64,000 bases of DNA from Candidatus Micrarchaeota archaeon (GCA_028867115.1 JAGWGY010000001.1:8380-72379); one strand, 5' to 3'; positions 44,948-54,865 are shown, counted from the stretch's first letter. Notes: generated by a model not told the origin, from the letters alone. Translations and numbers: made by a program.

Positions 44948-47500
44948 ATGCAGGCAGAGATAATAGACCATGTAAAATTCGGGATTCTTTCAGTGGACCA
45001 GATACGAAGGCTCAGCGTCGCAAAGCTCACCGTGCCTGACACGTACAACGAGGACGGCTACCCTATCGACGGAGGGCTGCTCGACCAGAGGCTTGGAGTT
45101 ATAGACCCGGGACTCATCTGCAAGACGTGCGGCGCTCGCGCAAAGGTCTGCCCAGGCCACTTCGGCCACATAGACCTTGTGAGGCCTGTCATCCACTCGG
45201 AATTCTCGAAGATCCTCTACCTGTTTTTGCAGTCAACATGCCAGCAGTGCCACAGGATACTGCTCAACGAGGAACAGGTCGAGCAGGTCAAGGGCAAGAT
45301 AAAGAACATAGTGGAGGCGGAGATAACGGACATCAACATAGGCACCGAGAGCGAGAGGATGGACGAGAGGGACACGATGTTCAAGAAGCTAAAGAGCATC
45401 AAGAAGTGCCCGCACTGCGGATCGGTGCAGCAAAAGGTCAAGTTCGAATCGCCCACATACTTCTATTTCGGAGACATCAGGCTCAAGCCTGACGAGATAA
45501 GGGACATGCTCTCAAAGGTCACAAACGATGACCTGCAGGTTCTGGGCATAGACCCGAGGACTAGCAGGCCGGAGTGGCTGATAATATCGGCGCTCCTTGT
45601 TCCGCCTGTAAATGTCAGGCCATCGATCACCCTCGAATCCGGTGAGAGGAGCGAGGACGACCTGACGCACAAGCTTGTCGACATAATGAGGATAAACCAG
45701 AGGCTAGAGCAGAACATAAACGCCGGCGCCCCTCAGATAATAATCGACGACCTATGGGAGCTGCTCCAGTACAACGTAACAACATACTTCAACAACGAGA
45801 CGCCAGGCATTCCTCCCGCAAGGCACAGGAGCGGAAGGGCGCTAAAGACCCTTGCGCAGAGGCTCAAGGGAAAGGAAGGCAGGTTCAGGTACAACCTGTC
45901 GGGAAAGAGAGTCAACTACTCGGCGAGAACGGTCATATCCGTTGACCCGTACCTTGACATCGACCAGGTCGGTGTACCGTTTGAAATAGCATCAAGGCTC
46001 ACAGTCCCATTCTTCGTAACGGCATGGAATCTCGATGCGGCAAAGGCGCTAGCGGAGAGGAAGGAATACCCAATGGTAATGGGGGTGACAAGCAAGGACG
46101 GCAAGAGGAAGAGGATCTCGGACATCAACAGGGAGGAGGTCGTGAAGGCGATAGGCATAGGGGACATACTTGAGAGGCAGGTCACGAACGGGGACATCGC
46201 GCTCTTCAACAGGCAGCCTTCGCTGCACAGGCCGTCAATCATGATGCACAGGATAAAGGTGTTGCCAGGCAAGACATTTAGGCTAAACTACTGCACAACC
46301 CACCCGTACAATGCCGACTTCGACGGAGACGAAATGAACCTGCACATCCCTCAGACACTTGAGGCACAGGCAGAGGCCGAGTACCTCATGTCGGTCAAGG
46401 ACCAGATCTTCTCGCCGAGGAACGGAGAGGCGATCATCTCGAACAACGAGGACGGCATAACGGGAGTGTACCTGCTTACAAACGATCAGACGAAGCTCAC
46501 AAAGGAGGAGGCTTCCCACCTGCTCAGCCTGGCGGAGATATACGAGCTGCCCGAGGCGGAGAAGAACGGCACATACGACGGCAAGGCGGTATTTTCTATG
46601 CTGCTCCCTAAGGGACTCAACTTCGAGCAGAAGACGAAGAGGGGGATGTTCAGGGTCAAGAACGGAAAGCTTGTGGAGGGAGTGCTTGCAAAGTCCACAT
46701 TCGGACTAGGCAGCAAGCTTCTTGCAAAGATATCCGCAGACTACGGCAACGACGTGCTAAAGGACTTCATCTCAAAGGCGAGCAGGGTAAGCTATGCATA
46801 TTCAACAACCCACGGAATCACCGTCGGCATAAAGGAGTACCTCATCACCCCGAAGATTGCGGAGAGCAGGGAGAGGATACTCAAGGAGACGTTCGGAAAG
46901 GTGAGCGCGCTTATCGAGCAGTACAGGAACAAGAAGCTCGAGTCGCTCATCGGCTACACGCTAAAGCAGTCCCTTGAGCAGCTGATAATGGCAGAGCTCG
47001 ATAGGGCAAGGGAAAAGGCAGGGGAGGAGATAGTGGCATACACCACTGTCGACAACCACGCAATAACCATGGTCAACGCAGGATCGAGGGGAAGCATTCT
47101 CAACCTTGTCCAGATGAGCATGCTTCTAGGCCAGCAGGCGACATCATCGGGAGGCAGGATCAAGCGCGGATACGGCACTAATAGGGTGCTCCCGCACATC
47201 AAGCCAGGGGACATCAGCCCGATCGCAAAGGGATTCGTGACTACTAGCTACTTCATGGGATTCGAGCCGATCGACATGTACATGCACGCGATAGGTTCAA
47301 GGACATCTGTGGTCTACAAGGCGATGCTCACCGCAAAGTCGGGTTACCTGCAGAGAAGGCTGATAAACGCGCTGCAGGACTACCAGATAGAGAAGGACCT
47401 GACAGTCAGGGACGTCCACGGCAACATCGTCCAGACAAGCTACGGCGGCGACTCGATAGACCCGACAAAGATCGACATAGCCAAGGTGGCAGAAGAGTGA
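44948..47500 (+). CDS. rpoA1: RNA polymerase subunit A' (Rpo1 N-terminal part)
   Basis: 850 aa; CKTCGA...CPGHFGHI, catalytic [10 protein letters not shown]. Confidence 0.93.
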   Translation: MQAEIIDHVKFGILSVDQIRRLSVAKLTVPDTYNEDGYPIDGGLLDQRLGVIDPGLICKTCGARAKVCPGHFGHIDLVRPVIHSEFSKILYLFLQSTCQQCHRILLNEEQVEQVKGKIKNIVEAEITDINIGTESERMDERDTMFKKLKSIKKCPHCGSVQQKVKFESPTYFYFGDIRLKPDEIRDMLSKVTNDDLQVLGIDPRTSRPEWLIISALLVPPVNVRPSITLESGERSEDDLTHKLVDIMRINQRLEQNINAGAPQIIIDDLWELLQYNVTTYFNNETPGIPPARHRSGRALKTLAQRLKGKEGRFRYNLSGKRVNYSARTVISVDPYLDIDQVGVPFEIASRLTVPFFVTAWNLDAAKALAERKEYPMVMGVTSKDGKRKRISDINREEVVKAIGIGDILERQVTNGDIALFNRQPSLHRPSIMMHRIKVLPGKTFRLNYCTTHPYNADFDGDEMNLHIPQTLEAQAEAEYLMSVKDQIFSPRNGEAIISNNEDGITGVYLLTNDQTKLTKEEASHLLSLAEIYELPEAEKNGTYDGKAVFSMLLPKGLNFEQKTKRGMFRVKNGKLVEGVLAKSTFGLGSKLLAKISADYGNDVLKDFISKASRVSYAYSTTHGITVGIKEYLITPKIAESRERILKETFGKVSALIEQYRNKKLESLIGYTLKQSLEQLIMAELDRAREKAGEEIVAYTTVDNHAITMVNAGSRGSILNLVQMSMLLGQQATSSGGRIKRGYGTNRVLPHIKPGDISPIAKGFVTTSYFMGFEPIDMYMHAIGSRTSVVYKAMLTAKSGYLQRRLINALQDYQIEKDLTVRDVHGNIVQTSYGGDSIDPTKIDIAKVAEE

Positions 47501-47504
47501 TATC

Positions 47505-48554
47505 ATGGCAGATAAAAAAGACAGATTTATTGTGACTACAGGAGAACCGGTGGGAGTCATCGCTGCGCAGTCGATAGGGGAGCCTGGAACCCAGATGGTC
47601 CTCAGATCGTTCCACTACGCAGGAGTCGCATCATCCATAGCAACGTCTGGTCTGCCAAGACTCGTGGAGATCGTGGACACAAGGAAGAAGCCTGCGACCC
47701 CATTCTCATACGTATACCTGAAGGGCAAGGCTGCAAAGAACTTCGAGGACGCTGAGAAGGTCGTCAAGAAGATAAGCGAAGTGAGGGTAAATGACATCGC
47801 AAGGAGGATACTTGAGAACTTCTCAAAGGGCACGATACTCATCAAGCTCGACGACCAGAGGATGGAGGCGAACGAGCTGACCGCAAAGGGGGTCGCGTCC
47901 AAGATAGAGAAGCTGACAAAAATTGAGTGCAGCGCATCAGAGAACGCAATACTTGTAAAGACCCACACTAAGAACACCAAGCAGATAAGGAGCATGGCCG
48001 TCCAGATAGGAAAGCTCACCGTTAACGGCATAGAGAATGCGGGCAGGGCGGTGATAAAGCAGGACAAGGAGACTGGGGAGTTCTACATTGTAACAAACAA
48101 CAGCAACCTGGTCGGGATACTCGGCATCGAGGATGTGGATTCTTCAAAGATTTACACCAACGACATCTTCGAGATATACAGAGTATTCGGAGTCGAAGCC
48201 GCAAGGAATGCAATCGCAAGGGAACTCGACACAGTGCTGAGGGAACAGGGCATAAACGTGGACAAGAGGCACCTATTCATACTAGCTGACGCAATGACAC
48301 TCTCCGGAGGCATAAAGAACGTCGGAAGGCGCGGTCTGAGCGGCGAGAAGGAGTCAATATTCGCAAGGGCAGCATACGAGGAAACCGTAAAGCACCTGAT
48401 CAACGCAGCGGCTTTCGGGGAAAGGGACGACATGCGCGGCGTAACTGAGAACGTGCTAATAGGCAAGCAGATAATGCTCGGGACCGGGTCAGTCACGCTT
48501 GCAATAAAGAAGGAGGACCTTGCTAAGATCAGCGAGAAGAAGGGAAAGAAATAA
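47505..48554 (+). CDS. rpoA2: RNA polymerase subunit A'' (Rpo1 C-terminal part)
   Basis: 349 aa; [19 protein letters not shown]... Confidence 0.92.
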   Translation: MADKKDRFIVTTGEPVGVIAAQSIGEPGTQMVLRSFHYAGVASSIATSGLPRLVEIVDTRKKPATPFSYVYLKGKAAKNFEDAEKVVKKISEVRVNDIARRILENFSKGTILIKLDDQRMEANELTAKGVASKIEKLTKIECSASENAILVKTHTKNTKQIRSMAVQIGKLTVNGIENAGRAVIKQDKETGEFYIVTNNSNLVGILGIEDVDSSKIYTNDIFEIYRVFGVEAARNAIARELDTVLREQGINVDKRHLFILADAMTLSGGIKNVGRRGLSGEKESIFARAAYEETVKHLINAAAFGERDDMRGVTENVLIGKQIMLGTGSVTLAIKKEDLAKISEKKGKK

Positions 48555-48603
48555 TAAGATGCTTCTTTTAAGGATATGAGTTTGTTTTATTTTTGGTGAA
48601 CTG

Positions 48604-48825
48604 ATGAACGAGAGACCATTCGATCTTCTGAACAAGTCAATTGGACAGCAGGTCCTAATTAGGCTGAAGAACGGCACAGACATAAGGGGCAAGATGTCCG
48701 CATTCGACATCCACATGAACCTGGTGTTAGACAACGCGGAGGAGCTTGAGGACGGGAACCTCAAGACAAAGGTGGGCACGATACTTCTGCGCGGCGGGAA
48801 CATCCTCTGGGTCTCCCCTGCCTGA
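48604..48825 (+). CDS. Sm-like archaeal protein (SmAP/LSm)
   Basis: 73 aa; Sm1 (VLIRLKNGTDIRGKMSAFDIHMNLVLDNAEE) and Sm2 (ILLRGGNILWVSP). Confidence 0.88.
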   Translation: MNERPFDLLNKSIGQQVLIRLKNGTDIRGKMSAFDIHMNLVLDNAEELEDGNLKTKVGTILLRGGNILWVSPA

Positions 48826-48870
48826 TTGCATTTGATAATCCAAAGCGCTTAGCAGCGCCCTTGTTAAAAT

Positions 48871-48880
48871 GCTTAAATAA
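48871..48880 (+). promoter_or_regulatory. TATA-like element upstream of tRNA-Ala
   Basis: GCTTAAATAA about 30 nt upstream of tRNA position 1. Confidence 0.4.
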
Positions 48881-48908
48881 TTGCCCTACGTATCTCTTAT
48901 GTTCGCTT

Positions 48909-48980
48909 GGGCTCCTGGCGCAACGGTAGCGCGCCTGCATGGCATGCAGGAGGTTGCGGGTTCGAATCCCGCGGAGTCCA
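48909..48980 (+). tRNA. tRNA-Ala (anticodon GGC)
   Basis: GGGCTCC-TG-GCGC-AACGGTA-GCGC-G-CCTGC-ATGGCAT-GCAGG-AGGTT-GCGGG-TTCGAAT-CCCGC-GGAGTCC-A; G3:U70 Ala identity pair; 3' end plus trailer (CGCGGAGTCCAGAC, 48970-48983) is the core of three downstream repeats. Confidence 0.9.
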
Positions 48981-48987
48981 GACCTTT

Positions 48988-49596
48988 TTATTTGGTGAAA
49001 TTTATTGATAGCGTTGCAACTCTAGTAAGGTATGCCTCCCAGGAATCTAAAATTGACGAATTGTAAGCTAAAGTCCCATCTAAATTATTTACAATTATAT
49101 TAGATACTTTACTAGATCCGTCAATCTCTACAACGCCCCTACCAGCTATTGAAAAAACCGACATTGGCACGTAGGGACCTAAGGCGTTCAGTTTTGGCAG
49201 CGGAGGTGCGGGTGAGAATGTGGTATTTATTGGTTGCTTGACAACCCAAGGATAACCGGACTGTGATTCTAAATTTGATAGTTGTACAAATTGTTGAAAA
49301 TATGACCTTGCATCATTATCGTCTGTAAATGCCCTATAGTATACACTTATGTCATCAGGTATTGAATCATTAGAATTTATTCTCATAAGCTGCTGGGTGC
49401 AATAAAAGATTTGCCCGGCGTTTGTTGATGTATTAGTGCAATAGGGATTTATCGAAGCCGAATAATTACCATTAATTATCCCGATTTTTGATAAATCAGG
49501 CAAAGGTCGAGGATGATAACTTAAAAAATTAAAGTAGAAAAGTACTGAAATAATTATTATTGCAATAAGCAAAAATACGATAAGTTTTGGATTCAC
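48988..49596 (-). CDS. membrane-anchored hypothetical protein (AT-rich module)
   Basis: 202 aa; N-terminal TM IVFLLIAIIIISVLFYF; N/S/I-rich composition; a 60-nt line in this gene (49081-49140) has about 30% G+C by my count. Confidence 0.5.
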   Translation of the reverse strand: MNPKLIVFLLIAIIIISVLFYFNFLSYHPRPLPDLSKIGIINGNYSASINPYCTNTSTNAGQIFYCTQQLMRINSNDSIPDDISVYYRAFTDDNDARSYFQQFVQLSNLESQSGYPWVVKQPINTTFSPAPPLPKLNALGPYVPMSVFSIAGRGVVEIDGSSKVSNIIVNNLDGTLAYNSSILDSWEAYLTRVATLSINFTK

Positions 49597-49655
49597 ATCA
49601 TCAACTAAATTTTGCGTTTGAATATATAAACCTATAAACTATTATATAAAACACC

Positions 49656-50234
49656 ATGTCAACAAAAACATTCAGATACATCGTTTCCATTTTTAGTATA
49701 TTCATTGGATTATTCTTCGTGCAATCTTCGCCAAATTACAATGTTCTGATTTTTATTTTGGGTATTTTGCTAATAATTGGCGGCGTGATAGTCTCTTTGG
49801 GAACGAGCAATAAACTTGGTGGCTGGCTAGTTATCATTGGGGGGATAATATATTTGTTGGGAAAAGGGCCTGGCATCTTTAGCTCGTTTCCATATTGGCT
49901 CTCAGTCTACGGGCAACCAAATTTATTGTACATGTTTTATAATTTTGGTCAATTAATAGCACCATTCGTCATTGGTGTATTGGTACTCTGGAAAAAATCC
50001 GCAGCGTTTAGGATACTTGGGGGCAGTCTATCTATATTGCTCTTTATCTGGTTAAATATATTCTATAATGGGTTTAGTCCTGGTTGTAAAGCGCCAGATG
50101 TTATGGTGTGGCTGCTAAATTGCTTCTCCGTATATTATGCGTGGGTTTTATTTTTACTCGGGGGTATTGTGATTATTTTGGCAGCTTGTAAACCCATTTT
50201 TAAGCTATTTACTACTAAATACTATCAAAAATAA
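49656..50234 (+). CDS. polytopic membrane protein (AT-rich module)
   Basis: 192 aa, about 6 hydrophobic helices; stop codon lies inside repeat R1 left arm. Confidence 0.5.
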   Translation: MSTKTFRYIVSIFSIFIGLFFVQSSPNYNVLIFILGILLIIGGVIVSLGTSNKLGGWLVIIGGIIYLLGKGPGIFSSFPYWLSVYGQPNLLYMFYNFGQLIAPFVIGVLVLWKKSAAFRILGGSLSILLFIWLNIFYNGFSPGCKAPDVMVWLLNCFSVYYAWVLFLLGGIVIILAACKPIFKLFTTKYYQK

Positions 50235-50280
50235 CCCCAACCCGACGTGGGAAGTTCGCGGAGTCCAGACTTTCTATTTA
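50221..50280 (+). repeat. tRNA-Ala 3'-end-derived direct repeat R1 (att-like)
   Basis: ACTATCAAAAATAACCCCAACCCGACGTGGGAAGTT-CGCGGAGTCCAGAC-TTTCTATTTA; core 50257-50270 identical to 48970-48983. Confidence 0.8.
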
Positions 50281-52478
50281 ACTGTTGACATTTCAGCCAA
50301 CCTACTAAGCAATTGCTGCACATCCTTCGTGCCGTGGAGGTTGAACCGCGCATACGACTGTGCCATCCCTACCCTTATAGAATATGCGCTTTTCGGCAGT
50401 GACTTGAACGTATCCTCGTCAGTATAATCATCGCCTATCGCAAGAATGAAATCGGGGCTGTGCAAATTTATGAAATGCGCCGCTGCTACGCCCTTGTTGA
50501 CGCCTGAGTTCTTAACCTCGATTATCTTGTTCCCCTTACACACCTGTACATCCGCGTTTGCGGTAATCTTACTGAGATTGTCAAAAAGTTCTGAGACTCT
50601 GAGTGATGCAAATTCCGATTCAGACTTTCTATAGTGCCATACAATAGAGAATTCCTTCTCTTCTACAAACGACCCTGGCAGCCTACCTGCGTAGTCGTTT
50701 ATTATGGGCATTATCATCGGCTTCCATTCTGCCGTCAGCGGTCTAATGAGGCGCCAGTCTGCGCCGCGTTCTTTTATAAAAACTCCGTGCTCGGCAACCA
50801 ATGAAACGCCGATTCCCGAAAACCATTTGTCTAGCGTAGCCTTGTCCCTCCCGCTGGTCACAACGACCTCGTTTTTAGGGTCGCTGCACAGTGACCTTAG
50901 CATGTCAAGGGTCTGCTTTGTGGGCGACGCTTTCCTAGGTTCCTCTGTGAATGGGACCATCGTTCCATCGTAATCCAGCAGCAGGAGTGCCTTCCCGGCC
51001 TTCCCATGGTCGGACAGCAAGGCGGCTTCATTGCCGCCAAGAAGCTTTGCATTGAAGACTTCCTGCATCTCCTTAAGCTTTGCAAGCTCCTTCATGAAAT
51101 CATTCCCCCATCTTACTATGTCATATGACCTCACCCTCTCCTGCATCGCAATCATTCGGCGCATCTGCTCCTCTATGGGCATGGTGAGCGCCGTTTCCAG
51201 CGCATTGCATATCTCGCCGGGGTGGTTTGGGTTGACCATCACCGCTTCCCCGAGTTCTTTGGATGCTCCGGCCATCTCGCTGAGCACGAGAACGCCGGGG
51301 GATTCTAGCTTGCTTGCAACATATTCTTTTGCGATAAGGTTCATGCCGTCACGCAAAGGCGTCACCAATGCCACATCTGCCATATTAAATAGAGCGGAAA
51401 GGGTGCTCGAATCGAGGAACCTATACTGATATGTGATAGGTGCCCAGTCGATTGCACCGAACCTGCCGTTTATTCTCCCTACCTTCTCATCGATCGCCAT
51501 CTTCAGCTTCTTGTATTCCCTGACTCCCTCCCTTGATGGCACGACCACTAGTACAAGGCGGACCCTTCCCCGCATCTGCGGGTGCCTCTCCAAGAAAAGA
51601 TCATAGCCGTTTAGCCTGTTCAGGATTCCCTTTGTGTAATCCAGCCTGTCTATCGAGAAGATTATCTTCGCATCACCTATGCTCTTTTTGAGTTTGTCCT
51701 TCTCCTTTGCGACAGAATCGCTCCTGGAGAGCGCCTGCAAATTGCCGAAATCTATGCCCATTGGGAATGCATCAACCCTCTTTAGCTCGGAGTCCGGCCC
51801 CTCTATGTATCCAAGATTGCTGTCATATCCTAGCAACCTTGAGACGCTAGTCACAAAATCCTGCATGTAATCGTACGTGTGGAACCCTATCAGGTCTGCG
51901 CCCAAAAGCCTCGACAGCAGAGCCCTGCCCCATCCGCCCGGCAGGAGCCTGAAGACTTCATAAGACGGGAACGGTATATGCAGGAAGAATCCTATCCTTG
52001 CTTGCGGCCTGCGCCCCTTTAGCATGGCGGGCAGCAGCATCAGGTGGTAGTCGTGGATCCAGACAATGTCGCCAGGCTGCACGATGCCGGCCACTTCCTC
52101 GCAAAACCGCTCGTTAACCTTGCGGTAGGCTTCCCATTCGTCATCGTCGTAATTGGCGTACTCTGTAAAGTAATGGAAGAGTGGCTGCAGGGTGCTGTTG
52201 CAAAAGCCGTTGTAGAAGCCCTCATAGTCCTTTTCGGCAAGGAAGACCGGGGAACATTTGGACTTGCCTGCCATCCTCCTTATGTCCTTCCTGTCGCTAT
52301 CGTCATCAAATACCCCGCCCGGCCACCCCACCCAGAGGTAATCATCGATTTTTGCAGCCTTGAGATAGGATTTTATTCCACTTGCAAGCCCTCCAGCCGC
52401 TTCGGAAACGGCGATCTTCCCATCAGGGCCCTTTGTGAAAGATAGCGGCAGCCTGTTGGACACTATTATGTACCTCAT
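50274..52478 (-). CDS. bifunctional trehalose-6-phosphate synthase/phosphatase (OtsA-OtsB fusion)
   Basis: GT20 motifs [39 protein letters not shown]; C-terminal [12 protein letters not shown] ... [10 protein letters not shown]; ATG 52478 preferred (GTG 52487 in ORF track). Confidence 0.9.
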   Translation of the reverse strand: MRYIIVSNRLPLSFTKGPDGKIAVSEAAGGLASGIKSYLKAAKIDDYLWVGWPGGVFDDDSDRKDIRRMAGKSKCSPVFLAEKDYEGFYNGFCNSTLQPLFHYFTEYANYDDDEWEAYRKVNERFCEEVAGIVQPGDIVWIHDYHLMLLPAMLKGRRPQARIGFFLHIPFPSYEVFRLLPGGWGRALLSRLLGADLIGFHTYDYMQDFVTSVSRLLGYDSNLGYIEGPDSELKRVDAFPMGIDFGNLQALSRSDSVAKEKDKLKKSIGDAKIIFSIDRLDYTKGILNRLNGYDLFLERHPQMRGRVRLVLVVVPSREGVREYKKLKMAIDEKVGRINGRFGAIDWAPITYQYRFLDSSTLSALFNMADVALVTPLRDGMNLIAKEYVASKLESPGVLVLSEMAGASKELGEAVMVNPNHPGEICNALETALTMPIEEQMRRMIAMQERVRSYDIVRWGNDFMKELAKLKEMQEVFNAKLLGGNEAALLSDHGKAGKALLLLDYDGTMVPFTEEPRKASPTKQTLDMLRSLCSDPKNEVVVTSGRDKATLDKWFSGIGVSLVAEHGVFIKERGADWRLIRPLTAEWKPMIMPIINDYAGRLPGSFVEEKEFSIVWHYRKSESEFASLRVSELFDNLSKITANADVQVCKGNKIIEVKNSGVNKGVAAAHFINLHSPDFILAIGDDYTDEDTFKSLPKSAYSIRVGMAQSYARFNLHGTKDVQQLLSRLAEMSTVK

Positions 52479-52500
52479 CCATGCCACCGTCGCACTTTTC

Positions 52501-52524
52501 CTGAGCCAGAACTATCTGGCTCAG
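52501..52524. other. perfect 10-bp inverted repeat (hairpin) between the DUF1059 stop and the ots start
   Basis: CTGAGCCAGA-ACTA-TCTGGCTCAG; overlaps the stop codon at 52521-52523; 22 nt upstream of the ots ATG on the minus strand. Confidence 0.7.
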
Positions 52525-52694
52525 GCGTCCTTTATTGCAGCGCTGACTTTTGCCTTAGTGGCATCATCAAGCTGCGCCATGTTGTGGGCGACCCTGGCAT
52601 GGTCTGCGATCTTCGGCATCAGCTCCTCCACAGTTGCCCCCTCTGCCGTAAAATCACATGCAAAACCTATGTCCCTGCACACAAACTTCTTCAT
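52521..52694 (-). CDS. DUF1059-like small protein
   Basis: 57-aa ORF below the ORF-track cutoff, hand-translated: MKKFVCRDIGFACDFTAEGATVEELMPKIADHARVAHNMAQLDDATKAKVSAAIKDA; matches the DUF1059 pattern (F-x-C-x-D-x-G-x-x-C-x-F ... H-A-x-x-x-H). Confidence 0.6.
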   Translation of the reverse strand: MKKFVCRDIGFACDFTAEGATVEELMPKIADHARVAHNMAQLDDATKAKVSAAIKDA

Positions 52695-52760
52695 GACAAT
52701 CGTAAGGCTTGGCGAATCGGACGTATATATCGCTTTTCGATCTGGGACAGAATTGCGCGC

Positions 52761-53174
52761 TCAGCCGAGCAGCATGTCTCGCATCTTGAGCAGCGCCAGG
52801 TACACCTGGCCGTCGTTGCGGAGCCTCTCTATGCTCTTGTAACCGAGGTGGATCCCGCTGATGGAGGAGAAAAGCGTGAGCATATATGACATCCCCCTGT
52901 TGCTCATGCCCATAAGCTGCTGCACCAGGAGTATTATCAGCTTCTGCTCAAGGTCCAGGCTCGGCTTCCTGCCCCTTCCCAAACTTGGCCTAACCGATAT
53001 CGATGCGTCACGTATTGTTGGCATGAGTATCCTAATGGTCTTCTTTATCTGGCTTGACCTTTTCTGCCTATAAGTCCTCCAGTCGCTTATTGCATACCTC
53101 GGAAGCACCCGCTCCCTGACTATGGACTCTATCTCGCATAGCAGCGCGTTGATGCCTATCAGAGCTTCTTCCAT
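52761..53174 (-). mobile_element. IS-type transposase N-terminal (HTH) fragment, catalytic domain absent
   Basis: 137 aa; GRGRKPSLDLEQKLIILLVQQLMGMSNRGMSYML resembles the HTH region preceding DDE domains in IS4/IS5-like transposases; ORF stops after it. Confidence 0.4.
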
Positions 53175-53269
53175 GGTTCCTATGCGCTAGGAAAAATTAA
53201 ATTAGTTATGTCCAAATGCGCGGCAAGCAATGCATAAACTTTTATGATTTTGGCTGGATAATAGAATCG

Positions 53270-54187
53270 ATGCAGATGCCTGCTCAAAAGCCAAACCCCC
53301 ACATCGGGTACTTCGTTCTATTCCTAGTCGCGCTCGCACTGGGCATATCCCTAGCGCTGCTCTCCGGCAAGGTGCTTGCGGGGGTGGGCATAACCTCGCC
53401 TCAGTATCTGGAGTATGCTGATATCCTCATAACCGTGGCGTTCGGCTATGCCGCGCTCAAGCTGCTCTCAGATTCGATAATCGAGTATGGGAAGAGGAGG
53501 CCGCGGATAGACGAGAGGCTGCTAGCAAAAGTCGTGCGCATCATAGGGTATGTGATAATAGTGCTGTTGGTGATGTCGATCTTTAGGATAGACCTGACCG
53601 GGGTGCTGATAAGCGCGGGCTTTTTGGGCATAGTGATAGGTCTTGCTGCTCAGTCCACATTGGGCAACCTCTTTGCAGGCATCTCGATGATGGCCGCAAA
53701 GCCGTTTGCCAACGGGGACAGGGTAACTTTCTCCTCATGGCAGTACGGCGCGCTGCCCCCATCCTACGCACACAGGTTCCTCAGGCTTGGCTTTTCAGGC
53801 ATCATAGAGGAGATAGACCTTATGTATACGAGGCTGAGGCAGGATGACGGCACAGTGCTGTATGTGCCAAACGGCGTGATGAATGGCGCGGCAATAATAA
53901 ACTACTCGGTATCTGATGTCATAGACGTGAATTTCAGGCTTGAGCTCCCTCTGGAGGCCGACTTTGCGTCTTTTAGGTCAAAAGTGCTCAAGGAGATTGA
54001 CAGGCACAGCAGGCTTCACAAGGCCATAAAGGGAAAGCCCGAAGTCATAATAACCGACATAGCCTCACAGATGTACGGGGTGGATGTGATAGCTAGAAGC
54101 GAGATACGCAGCGAAGCGTACGTAAAATCCGAAATAGCTGCTATCGTGCTGCGCATAGCCTCAAAAACCATGGAGGGGGGAAAATAG
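53270..54187 (+). CDS. mscS: small-conductance mechanosensitive channel (MscS family)
   Basis: Three TM helices then LGNLFAGISMMAAKPFANGDRVTF; start at ATG 53270 (ORF track 53216). Confidence 0.8.
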   Translation: MQMPAQKPNPHIGYFVLFLVALALGISLALLSGKVLAGVGITSPQYLEYADILITVAFGYAALKLLSDSIIEYGKRRPRIDERLLAKVVRIIGYVIIVLLVMSIFRIDLTGVLISAGFLGIVIGLAAQSTLGNLFAGISMMAAKPFANGDRVTFSSWQYGALPPSYAHRFLRLGFSGIIEEIDLMYTRLRQDDGTVLYVPNGVMNGAAIINYSVSDVIDVNFRLELPLEADFASFRSKVLKEIDRHSRLHKAIKGKPEVIITDIASQMYGVDVIARSEIRSEAYVKSEIAAIVLRIASKTMEGGK

Positions 54188-54204
54188 GGAATACGAACAG
54201 CATT

Positions 54205-54272
54205 TACTATCAAATGATATCAAAAATAACCCCAACCTGACGTGAGAGGTCCGCGGAGTCCAGACCTTTTTA
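54205..54272 (+). repeat. tRNA-Ala 3'-end-derived direct repeat R2 (att-like)
   Basis: TACTATCAAATGATATCAAAAATAACCCCAACCTGACGTGAGAGGTC-CGCGGAGTCCAGAC-CTTTTTTAA; core 54252-54265. Confidence 0.8.
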
Positions 54273-54318
54273 ACCCAAAAGCTTAAAATATCATAACTGA
54301 CGTAATATTAGTGACTAA

Positions 54319-54528
54319 ATGGGCAGAAAATACACGATAATCATAACCAAGGGAGAAGTCGCATATGTCGCTTATTGTGAGGAGCTCGGAATAGCGAGCC
54401 AGGGAAAGAGCGTAAAGGAGGCAAGGAAGAACATAAAGGAGGCAATAGAACTATACACTGAAGAGGCAAAAGACTCGAAGCTCGCTAAGTCAGCTTTGCC
54501 CATAGTGACAACGATAAGCGTGGGATGA
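54319..54528 (+). CDS. hicB: HicB-like antitoxin (UPF0150 fold)
   Basis: 69 aa; YTIIITKGEVAYVAYCEELGIASQGKSVKEARKNIKEAIELY. Confidence 0.65.
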   Translation: MGRKYTIIITKGEVAYVAYCEELGIASQGKSVKEARKNIKEAIELYTEEAKDSKLAKSALPIVTTISVG

Positions 54529-54532
54529 TGAG

Positions 54533-54760
54533 ATGGGCAAACTTCCCATCGTTTCGGCGCTAGATGTTGTAAAGGTGCTCAGAAAGAACGGCTTTAGCAT
54601 ATCAAGGCAGAGGGGAAGCCACATAATACTTATAAAATTTGTTGATGACAAGAAACGGATAGTTGTCGTCCCTAACCACAGGCAGATTGACCCTGGTACA
54701 CTGCTTTCCATAATAGCCCAATCTGGCATGCTAAAAGACGAATTCCTTGATTCTTTGTGA
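54533..54760 (+). CDS. hicA: HicA-family mRNA-interferase toxin
   Basis: 75 aa; VVKVLRKNGFSISRQRGSHIIL...VVVPNHRQIDPGTLLSIIAQSGM. Confidence 0.75.
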   Translation: MGKLPIVSALDVVKVLRKNGFSISRQRGSHIILIKFVDDKKRIVVVPNHRQIDPGTLLSIIAQSGMLKDEFLDSL

Positions 54761-54773
54761 GGATGATAACATT

Positions 54774-54832
54774 CACTACCAAAAATAACCCAAACCTGAC
54801 GTGGGAGGTTCGCGGAGTCCAGACCTTTTTAT
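54774..54832 (+). repeat. tRNA-Ala 3'-end-derived direct repeat R3 (att-like)
   Basis: CACTACCAAAAATAACCCAAACCTGACGTGGGAGGTT-CGCGGAGTCCAGAC-CTTTTTAT; core 54811-54824. Confidence 0.8.
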
Positions 54833-54865
54833 GATTTTGAGTTCTAGGGGGGAAATAATCAGACT

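Larger units (their letters stand above)
48981..54832. mobile_element. mosaic tRNA-Ala-adjacent integrated region (three modules bounded by tRNA 3'-end-derived direct repeats; no integrase seen)
   Basis: Direct repeats at 50221-50280, 54205-54272, 54774-54832 share a 14-nt core with the tRNA 3' end; modules differ in base composition and content. Confidence 0.55.

Noticed and set aside
48881-49066. 61-aa ORF reading through tRNA-Ala, considered as a possible split SSV-type integrase fragment
   Set aside because: The sequence is simply the translated tRNA plus trailer. It has no integrase-like motifs and is too short.
52435-52889. Plus-strand ORFs 52435..52842 and 52584..52889
   Set aside because: They lie opposite the DUF1059-like ORF and the transposase-fragment ORF, which have recognisable sequence patterns. 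Their composition is low-complexity.
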